The notes: a model not told the origin generated them from the sequence alone. Numbered from the stretch's first letter, positions 41,036-52,203 are shown. The stretch is DNA of 64,000 nt from Bryobacterales bacterium (GCA_965248105.1 CBDFIK010000005.1:923714-987713), one strand, 5' to 3'. Made by a program: numbers and translations.

Positions 41036-41470
41036 GGGTGTTCCTCCTGGGAACAAGATACATGACTGCTGCTCGAATGGCAACGGACGCTGGCTGGCAG
41101 CCGGTGATAAAAGTGGGTTCGGCGAAAAAGGGGACGGGAAGTGAAAAATCACCTCAGCCTCGGATTCGTGTACGCGGGCGCAAAGAATTGCGCCCCGACG
41201 TCGACATGAGTGTCGACGCGGCGGACGTAGGCGTCTGCGCCACAACATCAGGCACCGAAGCCTAACGTTCGAGCTCCGAGCGTATAGCAGCAACCGCCCT
41301 CGTGGCGCAGGTCCCCAGACCTGCCGTGTCGGTACTCTTACCGACACCTGTCTTCGACCTGAGCCTCACAATGAGGTAGCTACGAGCGGCAAGAGTACCC
41401 GGTTGCCGCCAAGGCAAAGTGGTTATCTCGTGCAATACTTGGTGGTAGGTCCTCTGTTTTACGCCTAGAG

Positions 41471-41893
41471 ATGCTGCGCTTTGTAAGCCTAGTTTCCTTA
41501 GTTGCGGTTTTGGCTCTATGGGCGGTTCCCGGTTGCCTCGCGGATTCGACCGAACTGCTGCGCGGACGTTTGCAAACCAAGGCTGACGGCGACCCCCAAA
41601 AGGACACGCCGCTCACGTTTGTCACCAGCGAAGGGGAAAGGATCCCGGTAGCCGGGGATCGCTTCTCCAACGGCCAACTGTTGGATCCCCGGCTCGCCGA
41701 ACGCGAGTGGGAACTCGAGGGGAAGTTTCAGTCCGACGGGCAATTTGAAATCCTGAAGCTCTTCACGATGCGGCAAGGGAAACGTCACCGCGTGACCTAC
41801 TGGTGCGAAATCTGCTACATCCGGAGCCACGAGCCCGGCCGCTGTATGTGCTGCCAGGCGGAGACCGAGCTTCAGGAAATCCCGGAACCGTGA
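41471..41893 (+). CDS. Secreted hypothetical protein with Cys-rich C-terminus
   Basis: Signal peptide; YWCEIC..PGRCMCC possible metal-binding motif. Confidence 0.7.
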   Translation: MLRFVSLVSLVAVLALWAVPGCLADSTELLRGRLQTKADGDPQKDTPLTFVTSEGERIPVAGDRFSNGQLLDPRLAEREWELEGKFQSDGQFEILKLFTMRQGKRHRVTYWCEICYIRSHEPGRCMCCQAETELQEIPEP

Positions 41894-41939
41894 AGGAGTG
41901 CCCATGGGCCTTCGCCAAGATAAACGGAGCCGCGACCGT

Positions 41940-42050
41940 CAGGGTCTGTGAAAAAACCGGGGACTGTCACAAGCGGCGTCCTTAGAAGTCACTTGGACTC
42001 AATGGCGTCTTGAGCCGCGGTTGACTGTCCCAAGGTTTTTCTCTCAACAG
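41940..42050. repeat. MITE-like repeat family F
   Basis: TGTGAAAAA..GGGGACTG..AGCCGCGGTTGACTGTCCC shared with 47300-47490. Confidence 0.55.
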
Positions 42051-42645
42051 TCCGGTCCTGCCACCAGCCTCAGGCCCACCCGAGGGGATCAAAACCCCCG
42101 GGTTTTCGACCGAGCTTCGGTGGACAAAGTCCCCGGCAATGGTGAATCCCTCGGGCTTGGCAATACGTCCATGTAAGGTGGTGTTGATGCCTGTGCAGTG
42201 CCCCGACGGTTCGGAGTTGGTCGCAACATAAGAAAACTTAGTCGGGGTAACCGCTTCAGCCTGGAGTGGAAAAATCGCACCCTCCAAGTTTTTACACAAG
42301 CTGTTTGACATCACCTAACCGCCTTGTTTGATTGACATAGAACGATTGATGTGGTTTACTAGTCGCTTCACCCGCCGCTTGGTTCCGAGTCTTCGGGACA
42401 CACATGCTAGACGTGCCTAGTTTGTCGGCACCGCTACCTCCCATCCAACACAGCGGCGACGTTTCGCCGAATCGAGGAATAGTGGCCTCACTGCGCTTCC
42501 TCACACCAGAAGCAGAGGCCTCGGGCAGAGATGGCAGTGAGCCGACCCGTCGCATGGAAAACGAATGCCCGGCGCTTGCGGCCGATAAGTTGCACCAGCG
42601 TCTTCACGAGCGAAGCCCTAACGGCAGAAGGATGAACTACAGGCC

Positions 42646-44010
42646 ATGACAGTCCAAACCGATACTTCGAATGGTCGCTACCGGGCGGTCACCGAGCACA
42701 ACGTATCCCGGGCGCCCGAGTGGGCGTCGATCGAACCCGAGCTTCAACAAGCCATACAGGTTGTCTCGCGTGTCCTGCCGTTTCGCACGAACAACTACGT
42801 CATGCGGGATCTCATCGACTGGAAGAACCTGCCGGACGACGCCATGTTCCAGCTTGTCTTCCCGCAGAAAGGCATGCTGGGCGACGAGGATTACGATGCC
42901 GTCCAAGCTATGCTCGCGAAAAACACCTCGCGGGAAGAATTTGGTCAGGTTGTCAACCGGATTCGAATGGGTCTCAATCCCCACCCCGCGGGACAGATGA
43001 CCCACAACGTTCCCTCCTTGAATGGACGGCCGCTACACGGGTTGCAGCACAAGTATCGCGAAACCGTCTTGTTCTTCCCATCCCAGGGGCAGACTTGCCA
43101 CGCCTATTGCACGTACTGTTTCCGCTGGGCGCAGTTTGTGGGCATGCCCGAGATCAAGTTCGAGTCCAGCCAAACCGAAGATCTCGTGGGCTACCTACGC
43201 GCGAACCCGAGTGTCAGCGACGTCCTATTCACCGGCGGAGACCCGATGATCATGAAGACTCGCGTGCTCCGCAAGTACATCGAGCCGCTCCTCGCGCCCG
43301 AGTTGGAGTCGGTCCAAGACATCCGAATCGGCACAAAAGCTCTTGCCTACTGGCCGCAACGTTTCGTTACCGACGCCGACGCGGACGATTGCCTGCGCTT
43401 GTTCGAACAAGTCATTCAGTCCGGCCGCCACCTAGCCATCATGGCTCACTACAGCCACGGGGTGGAGCTGGTTCCCGAGATCGCGAAGGAAGCCGTCAGG
43501 CGGGTCCGTGCCACCGGCGCCGAGATCCGCATGCAAGCCCCCATCATCCGGCACGTGAACGATAACGCCAAGGTGTGGGCCGATCTGTGGCGCGACGGGG
43601 TCAAGCTCGGCATGATCCCCTACTACATGTTTATCGAGAGGGATACCGGGGCCAAGCGCTACTTCGAAGTGCCGCTCGTACGTTGCTACGAGATCTTTCG
43701 AGATGCCTTCGCGCAGGTCTCCGGTCTCGCCCGGACCGTTCGAGGCCCCTCGATGTCAGCCTTCCCGGGAAAAGTCCGGGTCTCGGGTATCACCCAGATT
43801 CGAGGCGAGAAGGTGTTCGTGCTGGAAATTATCCAGGGACGAAACTCGGACTGGGTCTACCGGCCCTTCTTCGCTCAATTCGATCCTAAGGCCACCTGGC
43901 TTGATCAACTCAAGCCTGCATTCGGCGAAGAGAAGTTCTTCTTCGAAGCCGAGCCGGCTCGCCCGGCCCCAGAAGAAGCCCCTCAAGCGATCCCGGTATT
44001 GCCAAACTAG
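42646..44010 (+). CDS. KamA-family radical SAM protein (lysine 2,3-aminomutase-like)
   Basis: GLQHKY, CHAYCTYCFR (CxxxCxxC), LFTGGDPM, RIGTK, PYYMF. Confidence 0.92.
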   Translation: MTVQTDTSNGRYRAVTEHNVSRAPEWASIEPELQQAIQVVSRVLPFRTNNYVMRDLIDWKNLPDDAMFQLVFPQKGMLGDEDYDAVQAMLAKNTSREEFGQVVNRIRMGLNPHPAGQMTHNVPSLNGRPLHGLQHKYRETVLFFPSQGQTCHAYCTYCFRWAQFVGMPEIKFESSQTEDLVGYLRANPSVSDVLFTGGDPMIMKTRVLRKYIEPLLAPELESVQDIRIGTKALAYWPQRFVTDADADDCLRLFEQVIQSGRHLAIMAHYSHGVELVPEIAKEAVRRVRATGAEIRMQAPIIRHVNDNAKVWADLWRDGVKLGMIPYYMFIERDTGAKRYFEVPLVRCYEIFRDAFAQVSGLARTVRGPSMSAFPGKVRVSGITQIRGEKVFVLEIIQGRNSDWVYRPFFAQFDPKATWLDQLKPAFGEEKFFFEAEPARPAPEEAPQAIPVLPN

Positions 44011-44076
44011 CCTCGCCGATCAAACGGGCTGATTTTCAGCTTAGCCGGAACCCTAGTCGACCTCTTTAGGCTGACC

Positions 44077-44244
44077 CTAGCAGCCCGTGGTAGAAGTGAA
44101 GGTTGCGAAAAATCGGGTACAGCCAGCCAATTCGCTTCAGGTTAAGTGCTTTTCTCCGAGGGCTATGGCGGGAGGCGAATTGGTGGCAGTCCCCGATTTT
44201 TCGCCCTTTTTCGCTCCTGCACGACTTTTGCCACGGGCTGCTAG
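44077..44244. mobile_element. MITE-like element family B
   Basis: CTAGCAGCCCGTGG ... CCACGGGCTGCTAG; homolog of 4145-4301. Confidence 0.8.
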
Positions 44245-44505
44245 CCCAACTCGCAGGTCTCACGAGCGGGGAATGATGGGGAATAGGCGTGTCAAGGGCG
44301 GAGCAAAATTAGACCAGTTCGGCGGAGGGAGAATAGACCAGTTTTGGGGTAGAGCGGCGGAGCAAAAATAGACCAGTGGGGGGGGAGTCGGGGTTTTGCT
44401 TCGAGTTTTTGTGGGACGGCTGGAACGCAGCCTGAGGTCGCCCGTTAGGGCGGCTGAAGGCGGAGTGGAAGGCGGCTCACAAAAACTGTGGCGAGCCGGC
44501 GGGGA

Positions 44506-45267
44506 TCAATCCGAAGACGGAGAGCGTTGCTTCTTGCTCTGCTTGAGGCGGAAGCTATCGCCGTTCATCTCCAGGATGTGGACGTGGTGAGTGAGCCGAT
44601 CCAGCAGGGCGCCGGTCATGCGCTCGGACCCGAGGACTTCGGTCCACTCGTTGAACGGCAGGTTCGAGGTCACCATCGTGGAGCCCTGCTCGTAGCGCTG
44701 TGAGAAGGTTTCGAACAGCAACTCCGCTCCGGTCTTCGACAGCGGCACGTAGCCCAGTTCATCGACGATCAGCAGGTCTTGCTTGGCGAGCTGCTTTTGG
44801 GCCCTCAGCAAGCGCCGCTCATCACGGGCTTCCAGCAGCTCGTTGAGCAGCGCTGCGGCGGTAGTGAAGCGAACCCGATAGCCACCCTGGCAGGCCGCCA
44901 GTCCCAGCGCCAGAGCGAGATGCGTTTTCCCCGTGCCGGAGTTTCCTAGAGCCAACACGTTCTCGCGACGGTCGATGAACTCTCCGTGTGCCAGCTCGAG
45001 CACCAGCTTCTTGTTCAACTTGGGTAACGCCAGGAAGTCGAACGTATCAAGGGTTTTCGTGACCGGGAACTTGGCGGCCTTGATGCGCCGCTCGGTCGCT
45101 CGGCGTTCACGGTCGAGCAGTTCGAGCTCGGACAGTTGCAGCAGAAAGCGTCTCGCATCCAAGCCCTCCGTGGCGCACTGCCGTGCCACCTTGTCGTACT
45201 CGCGTAAGAAGGTCGGCAGCCGCAGTGCTTTCAGATGAGCTTCCAGCAGCAGTTTGGATCTCGCCAT
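44506..45267 (-). CDS. istB: IS21 helper ATPase IstB
   Basis: Walker A GNSGTGKT, Walker B LLIVDE; TGATG overlap with istA. Confidence 0.95.
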   Translation of the reverse strand: MARSKLLLEAHLKALRLPTFLREYDKVARQCATEGLDARRFLLQLSELELLDRERRATERRIKAAKFPVTKTLDTFDFLALPKLNKKLVLELAHGEFIDRRENVLALGNSGTGKTHLALALGLAACQGGYRVRFTTAAALLNELLEARDERRLLRAQKQLAKQDLLIVDELGYVPLSKTGAELLFETFSQRYEQGSTMVTSNLPFNEWTEVLGSERMTGALLDRLTHHVHILEMNGDSFRLKQSKKQRSPSSD

Positions 45268-46766
45268 CAGTCCACTCCCTGTGCCAGCAGCACCAAATAA
45301 TCTGTTGTCGATGTCTGTTCGACTTGTGCTGTGGGTAAGTGCGGATACTGCGTCAAGTCCAAGCGGGGCGGCCGTTGCTCGATCCGACACAGGACGAGGT
45401 GCTTGACGGCGTCGAAGCCGATCGTTCCCAACTCAACGGCCTGCCGCGCGGCGGCGGTGACGTCGGTGAGCGGGAAGTCTTCGAGTAAACGCAGCACCTG
45501 CACGTACTCGCGCTTGCCTGGTTTACCCAGCCGCACTTCGAGCAAGCGTCTCAAACGCACGAGATCTTGCGGTAACTGCCAACCGACGAGCGGCGCGGCT
45601 TGATCCAGCGCGTTCGTCTTGCGCTCCAGCAAGGCCAGGTAATGCAGCGGATCGAAGATCAACTCCTCGCGTTCGTAGCTGCGCCGATGCCGGGCGATCT
45701 CTTCGCTGCCGCAGCCGATGACCACCTCATCGACGTAAGCTCTCAGCAGTACTTCGCGGTGGCCGTAGCGCGTCGGAACCGAGTAGTCGTTGGTCCGATA
45801 GCGCACCAGCGACAACGACGTCACCCGCGTCGTGCGCTTGTCGCAAGCGTCATACCCGACAGCAGGCAACGTCAGAAACGCCTGGCGGTCGCGCTCGAAA
45901 CGCTCACCGATCGTTTCCGAGTGTCGCCGCAAGCGCCGTCCACGGTTCTTGCGGCACTTCGCTTCGAGGTGTTCGTTGAAGGCTTCCCAACTTGAGAACC
46001 TGGGGATCGGCACCATAAAGTTGCGCCGCGCATAGCCCACCAACCCTTCCACTTTGCCTTTGTCGTTGCCCTTGCCCGGCCGCCCGAAACGGTCGGCGAA
46101 CAGATAATGTGACTGCAGCTCGGAGAAGACACGGGTCCTCTGGCGTGTGCCGTCTCCCAGGATCCTCGCCACCGCTAGCTTCGTGTTGTCGTAGACGATG
46201 CTGCGCGGCACGCCGCCAAAATAGCGAAACGCCGCATTGTGCCCCTCGCAGAATGCCTCCGTCGTCTCGGCCGGAAACGCTTTCACGAATGCGTCATCGC
46301 TATGCGGCAGATCGACGACCAAGAAGTGCGCCTTGCGCTGCACTCCGTTGATGACGACGACCGCTTCGCCGAAGTCCGCCTGGGCGTCACCCGGCGGATG
46401 CGTCAGCGGCACGAACATCTCTTGTCCGCCCAGCTTCTTCTCGCGTACGTAGTCCTTGACGGTCGTGTAGCCGCCTGTGAACCCGTACTCGTCGCGGAGG
46501 CGGTCAAAGATGCGCTGTGCGGTGTGGCGTTGTTTCCTCGGACGCTCCCGATCGTCGGTCAGGATCTGATCGATGATCCCTGTGAAGGCCTCCAGTTTGG
46601 GACGCCTCGCCGGTTTGCTCCGCCGATAGCCCGGCGGAATCCGGTAGCGCAACATCTTGCGCACGGTCTCGCGAGCAATCCCAAAGCGCCGTGCTGCTTC
46701 GCGTTCGCTTAGCCCTTCGACGCAGACACTTCGTCGTACTTGAACGTATAGCTCCACCCGATACAT
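45267..46766 (-). CDS. istA: IS21 transposase IstA
   Basis: HTH, AQADFG, YDN, KGKVE; GGAGG RBS. Confidence 0.95.
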   Translation of the reverse strand: MYRVELYVQVRRSVCVEGLSEREAARRFGIARETVRKMLRYRIPPGYRRSKPARRPKLEAFTGIIDQILTDDRERPRKQRHTAQRIFDRLRDEYGFTGGYTTVKDYVREKKLGGQEMFVPLTHPPGDAQADFGEAVVVINGVQRKAHFLVVDLPHSDDAFVKAFPAETTEAFCEGHNAAFRYFGGVPRSIVYDNTKLAVARILGDGTRQRTRVFSELQSHYLFADRFGRPGKGNDKGKVEGLVGYARRNFMVPIPRFSSWEAFNEHLEAKCRKNRGRRLRRHSETIGERFERDRQAFLTLPAVGYDACDKRTTRVTSLSLVRYRTNDYSVPTRYGHREVLLRAYVDEVVIGCGSEEIARHRRSYEREELIFDPLHYLALLERKTNALDQAAPLVGWQLPQDLVRLRRLLEVRLGKPGKREYVQVLRLLEDFPLTDVTAAARQAVELGTIGFDAVKHLVLCRIEQRPPRLDLTQYPHLPTAQVEQTSTTDYLVLLAQGVD

Positions 46767-47507
46767 CCCTCCGGTGTTCCACAAAACACCTCGGGGATGC
46801 TTGCGGACCACATCAGCGGCTTGGTCCTCCGCCTCCTCTGGGAGCCTTCACACCGCCGCTATGTGGTCTAGTTTGTCAGCGCCGTTCTCAGGCGTGACGC
46901 CGTCCGGTGGCGAGACGTTTTTGGAGCGGGTTTGAGCGGATTCTCGCTATAAACCCTGCCCACCGGCCGAGTAACCCCTTTTTCTATTTCGAGCATACAC
47001 TACGGGGTCAATGGTTGTGTCGCCCACGGTACCTATGTCGTTGATTTTATTGGGTCGGGAGTGTTGTGACTGATAGAGCCCGTAGCGTGGATCTAGGCGG
47101 GCGAGCACACTCCCCCCTTTGGCCCGTTGCATCATCGCCCGCCAGATCCGCGGCCGTTGACTCACCAGAAGTCTCTACAATAACCCGCTGATTCCCGGAG
47201 AGTTTGTCGGATATCAATTCGAACAGTCCAAAACCTCGCCCGTCCTGCTATCCTACTGACGCCTCGCAGGTTTGGTCATAATGCGCGACAACTGAGGCTG
47301 GAGGGTGTGAAAAACATCGGGGACTGCTGGGGGACAGGCACCATGGCCGCATCTGGTTAGTTTGGTGTTGCCCGCCCCCCGATTGCGGGTTCGTCATACG
47401 CAACGAGTTGCTCCAGGTGCCTGTCCCCGTTCTAGAATCAATCGCATCTTCAGCCGCGGTTGACTGTCCCCAGAATTTTTTCACACCTCTCTGTCCTGGC
47501 TCCGCCG

Positions 47508-50138
47508 ATGTCTAGTCCACACATTTTCGTCAGCTATAGCCACAAGGACGAGGAATGGAAGGATCGCCTCCTCCCTTACCTCCAAATCCTCGAGCAAGTA
47601 GCGAACGTCCAGACCTGGAACGACCGCGAAATCCGCGTCGGCGAAAACTGGTACCGGCGAATTTACGAGGTTCTCGAGAAAACCAGCGTCGCCATTTGCC
47701 TGGTGAGCGAGAATTTCCTCGCCTCGCGCTTCTGCCAGGAGGAGGAGATGTCGTTCCTGCTCCAGAAGCGACAAAAGGGAGGCCTTGAAATCTTCCCGAT
47801 CCTCATCCGACGGTGCCCCTGGAAGCTTTACCCCTGGCTGAAGAAGCTTCAGATGTTGCCGCGCGACGGGAAGAGTCTCGTCGACGATTTCTCGGGTCGC
47901 GAGCACCTCGTTTTCACGGATTTGGCCGAGCAGGCGGCCGAGTTCATCCAGGATAAGAAAAGCCCCGAGCGTCCGAAGACCACCTTCGACGCGCCGACGC
48001 TCGTGGACGTATCACGCCTGCCCGAAACCGGCTCGCTGCTCTTTGGCCGGCGCAACGAGCTGAATCTCCTTGACAAAGCCTGGGACGACGAAACCTCCAA
48101 CATCGTCATCTTCAAAGCCCACGGCGGCGTCGGCAAATCGACCCTCGTCCGCGTCTGGACCGAGGGGATGGACGAGGACAACTACCGTGGGGCCGAGGCG
48201 GTCTACGCCTGGTCGTTTTACAGTCAGGGGACGAGCGAGCGGGTCACTTCGGCCGACCAGTTCATGGCCACGGCGCTCGAGTTCTTCGGCGACCCGGACC
48301 CTCAGAAAGGCTCGGCGTGGGATCGTGGCGAGCGGCTGGCCGAGCTGGTCGCCAAACAGCGCACGCTGCTGCTGCTCGACGGCATGGAGCCGCTGCAATC
48401 CGGGCATGACTTCGACCGCGGCGAGATTAAAGACCCGGCGCTCAAGACGCTGCTCGAAGGCCTCGCCGAGCGCAACCCCGGCCTGTGCGTGGTCTCGACG
48501 CGCGAGGAGGTCGCCGATCTCGAAGGCGCGATCGAGCGTGTGGATCTCGAAAAAGTCTCCACCGTGGCCGGCCGGGCGCTGCTGTGGATTGGCGGCGTCC
48601 CGGGGACCGACGACGAGCTCGAAGCCCTGGTGAAAAACTTCGGGCATCACGCCCTGGCCCTGAACCTACTCGCGGCGTATCTGAACTGGCCCGACGCACA
48701 GGGCGTCTCGGACATCCCCGAGCTTCCTGACATTCCCGAGGCGAAGGGAAAACACGCCCGGCGCGTGATGGCGGCCTTCGAGAAGCTCTTCGGCGAGGGA
48801 CCGGATCTCGACTTACTGCGCATTCTGGGCCTGTTCGATGGACCGGTCGAAGAATCGGTCATTAGGGCGCTACTGGCCGACGCTCCGATCAAGGGGCTGA
48901 CCAACCATCTGAAGCGGGGCGGGGCCTCGGCCTTCGCTGACGCCCCGGCGACCTTGCGCCGCGCCAAGCTGCTGGCGGGCGAGCCACAGTCGGCTATTTG
49001 AGCACTATCAGGGGGTTCCGGCGGAGGATCAGCCGTCAACACTAGAGGGCCTGGCGCCGCTGTACGCCGCCGTGGCGCATGGTTGTGCGGCAGAGCGGCA
49101 TCAGGAGGCGTACGACCAGGTTTTCCGGGCGCGGATTCGGCGCGGGAACGAGGCCTACAGCATCAAGAAGCTAGGAGCGTTCGGGTCGGACCTGGCGGCG
49201 ACGACGAGCTTCTTCGAGACGCCCTGGAGCAAGGTTGCCAAGGGGCTACGGGAGGACTCCCAGGCGTGGCTACTCAGCGCGGCGGGCTTCCGCCTGCGCG
49301 AGGCGGCGGAGCCGATGGCTGCGGCAGTGAAGGCTGCAGCCGACCGAGGAGACTGGAAGAATGCCTCCATCGGCGCAGGTAACCTGAGCGAGCTTCAGTT
49401 GACACGGGGAGAGGTGGAGGCGGCGGTGGAGTACGGCCGGCGGGCGATCGGGTACGCCGACGATAGCGGGGACTCTTTCGAGCACCTAAAGCAGCGAGCG
49501 AAAGAGGGCGATGCCGAGCACCAAGCGGGTCGTCGGGAGGTGGCCGAGAAGCTGTTCCGGGAAGCCGAGCGTCTGCAGCGGGAGCGCCAGCCCGGCCGCC
49601 CGCTGCTCTATTCGCAACGGGGCTATAAGTTCTGCGACCTGCTGCTCGCCCAGGACGAGGCGGTCGAGGCACAGCGCAGGGCGAGGCAGACGCTTGAGTG
49701 GGCGCGAGCAGCCGGGCTCTCGCTCCTCACGATCGCCCTGGACCATCTGACCCTGGGCCGGGCCGCGCCCTGGCCTTGGGCGACGTGCCCGAGGCCGCCA
49801 AGCACCTCGACGAAGCCGTCAACGGCCTCCGCGCTGCCGGCCGTCAAGACTACGTACTGGGCGGCCTGCTCGCCCGCAGCGAACTCCACCGCCACCAGGG
49901 GCATTTCGACCGAGCCCGCCGCGACCTGCGCGAAGTCGAGAAGATCGGTCGCCGAGGCGGGATGCGCCTGCACCTCACCGACTTCCACCTTGAGAGCGCC
50001 CGCCTCGCCCTCGCCGAGTCCGACCCCGCCGCCGCCCGCGAGCACCTCGACAAAGCCCGCCAACTCGTCACCGAAACCGGCTACCACCGCCGCGACCCCG
50101 ACCTCGACGAAATCGCCGCCCAACTCGCCGGTGCCTGA
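47508..50138 (+). pseudogene. TIR - P-loop NTPase (STAND-like) - TPR protein, frameshifted
   Basis: TIR IFVSYSHKD..FLASRFCQEEE; Walker A GGVGKST; Walker B LLLLDGME; frame breaks near 48985 and 49765; TPR tail. Confidence 0.85.
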
Positions 50139-51085
50139 TCGGCTGACCGATCAATCTTAGAAAGGCCGCAGGTCTGGGCAAACGGCCGCCCAGCCCTGCC
50201 CTACGGCTCTTATTCAAGGGTGCCTCGGTTTCGCGCCAGCTCGCGCCGCCCCCAAACACAACGTAGGGGCACGACATGTCGTGCCCTCGGCGACCTCTGG
50301 CCATCGTCAAAAAGAGGTGGCGCCTCCGCAGCCTCCTCCACCACCTCCTCCACTCAATCTGACAACATCATAAGAAAGGAGCCCCTGTTCACTATGTGCC
50401 CGGCATAAAGTCCACACCATGTCCCGGGTAGCACAATCCTTGCGGCGCTTCGCGTCTTGTCATGACAACGGGGTAGCCGAAGGACGCGGACACTGGAAAG
50501 GCGCCAGGTCCGCGCTACACAGGCTCGCGTCTGCCGCCGGAGGCGTCCGAGCACCGGGAATAACCACCGGGTGTGCAGGGCGCAGTTCCAGCCGTAAAAC
50601 GGCTGGCCTAGCAACGGCCCACGAAAGCCGCGTGAACGCAGCTCGAACATCGTTACGAGCCGCCTGGCGGCGGCTAGGACAAACAAGAGTGTTTGTCCCT
50701 TACTGGGCTCGACCGATAATGGCCCAGCCGCAGTCGCGTTTGATAACCGGTCATTCAACAGCTGCCTTGAAGGCGGGGGCGGCGTCGTGAAGTAGCAGCC
50801 GCGGGCCGAAGGATGAAAGTGCGGTTGGAAGGCTCGTGACTGCCGGGCCTTGCCCCAGTAATCGAGGTCATTCGCGAGCTTGACCGCGGACTTTCGTCCG
50901 CGGCTCTTCTGTCTTTGCGAGAGGCCGATGACGGAGGAGGCTGAGCCGCGCCGCGTCGTGACGCGGCAACCGCCGGCTGAGGGTATCAACAACCGCGAAG
51001 CCGAACTGCCCCAAGCGTCGAGAGGAGTCTCGACGCGGCACACTGAAAGTGTGCGCCACAGAAGAATCAGCCGCTGGTATGACCG

Positions 51086-51358
51086 TTGGCCCCCTCAACA
51101 GACCTAAATCGAGGGCCGATGGCTCGGCCCGTAAGGAAAGGAGCAACTCTTACGCCGCCGATGCCCTTCGCGCTGACGCCTTTTGAACGCGCCCTTGTCC
51201 ATTTCGCCTCACACGGCTTCAGTAACCGGGAGATCGCCGAAAAACTGGGTATCACTGAAGGCGAAGTGGAGCACGAAATTGCATCTCTTGTGGAGAAAAC
51301 GGACGTATCTGACAGCATGGAGCTAACCCTACTCTTCATGCAAGGTAAGGTCCGTTGA
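51086..51358 (+). CDS. Small LuxR-type HTH protein (possibly a fragment)
   Basis: LTPFE..GFSNREIAEKLGITEG.V. Confidence 0.65.
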   Translation: MAPSTDLNRGPMARPVRKGATLTPPMPFALTPFERALVHFASHGFSNREIAEKLGITEGEVEHEIASLVEKTDVSDSMELTLLFMQGKVR

Positions 51359-51369
51359 GCCGAGGCCAG

Positions 51370-51505
51370 GTCTTCTGCTTAGCTAGCGTCACCCCCTGCG
51401 GGCTGAAGTGGTAACCCAGGAAATCAAAGCCCTTTTCGATCCTGCCGATGAATGTTTTGGCGGGGTGCTTTTTGAGCCGCAGGGTACCCAGTCCTTGGTT
51501 GAGCA
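51370..51505 (-). pseudogene. Reverse transcriptase remnant (domains 6-7)
   Basis: LKKHPAKTFIGRIEKGFDFLGYHF. Confidence 0.7.
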
Positions 51506-51771
51506 TACCTGTTGAGAAATCTCTTCGCATCCAGTAATCAGGCGGCAGTGGCCCCTCAGAAAGACATCAGAAGGGGTGAAATCTGGGCCGATTCAGTAGC
51601 TTGAACGATGGTACCATCGTATAGCGAGTGGGAAGGTTACCACCAGGAATCCCGCGGCGGTACAATCTTGCTGTCGATGATCGGCCAACCCATCAGCCAC
51701 TACAAGATCACCGCCACTAAAGGTCCGAGCCGCGAACGAACGAATCCTGGAACTACTGCCAAGGGGACAAC

Positions 51772-52110
51772 ATGTACTCGATCTTCGTCACGATCAACGT
51801 CAAGCCTGAGCACATTGAGGAATTCAAAGAAGCTAGCCTGGGAGACGCGCATGGTGCAACGCGCGATGAAGCGGGGTGTTTTCGGTTCGATATTCACCAG
51901 GATGCAGGCATCCCTGCGCGATTTTATCTCCACGAAGTCTACCGCGACGAAGACGCTTTCCAGGCTCACCTCGAAGCTCCACACTTCCTGCAATGGAGAG
52001 ATACCATCAACCCGTTTTCCGATGGCGACATTCAGAAAATCGTAATGAAGACCGTCTTTCCATCGGACGATGGGTGGAAAAAGCAAAAGCCTGGACTACT
52101 GAACTGGTAG
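51772..52110 (+). CDS. ABM-family putative quinol monooxygenase (LsrG-like)
   Basis: VKPEH, EAGCFRFD, EVYRDEDAFQAH..PHF. Confidence 0.9.
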   Translation: MYSIFVTINVKPEHIEEFKEASLGDAHGATRDEAGCFRFDIHQDAGIPARFYLHEVYRDEDAFQAHLEAPHFLQWRDTINPFSDGDIQKIVMKTVFPSDDGWKKQKPGLLNW

Positions 52111-52203
52111 TTACGTGCAGGTGTCTGAATTCGGCGCATCGGAGATTCGGGCTTAACTGCTCGGGTCGGGATGACACGGCACGTTCGCCAAGGTACATAA
52201 CGA

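Larger units (their letters stand above)
44290..46890 (-). mobile_element. Complete IS21-family insertion sequence
   Basis: TG...CA ends, three subterminal GGCGGAG..A.TAGACCAG repeats, 4-bp target duplication GGCG, istA-istB. Confidence 0.95.

Noticed and set aside
42360-42640. Lysine or SAM riboswitch upstream of the aminomutase
   Set aside because: Conserved cores of those aptamers were not found by eye; kept only as an unclassified leader
51336-51530. RT fragment as retron, DGR or intact group II intron
   Set aside because: Only about 45 codons, no YADD core, and no recognisable intron domain V, msr/msd or TR/VR pair
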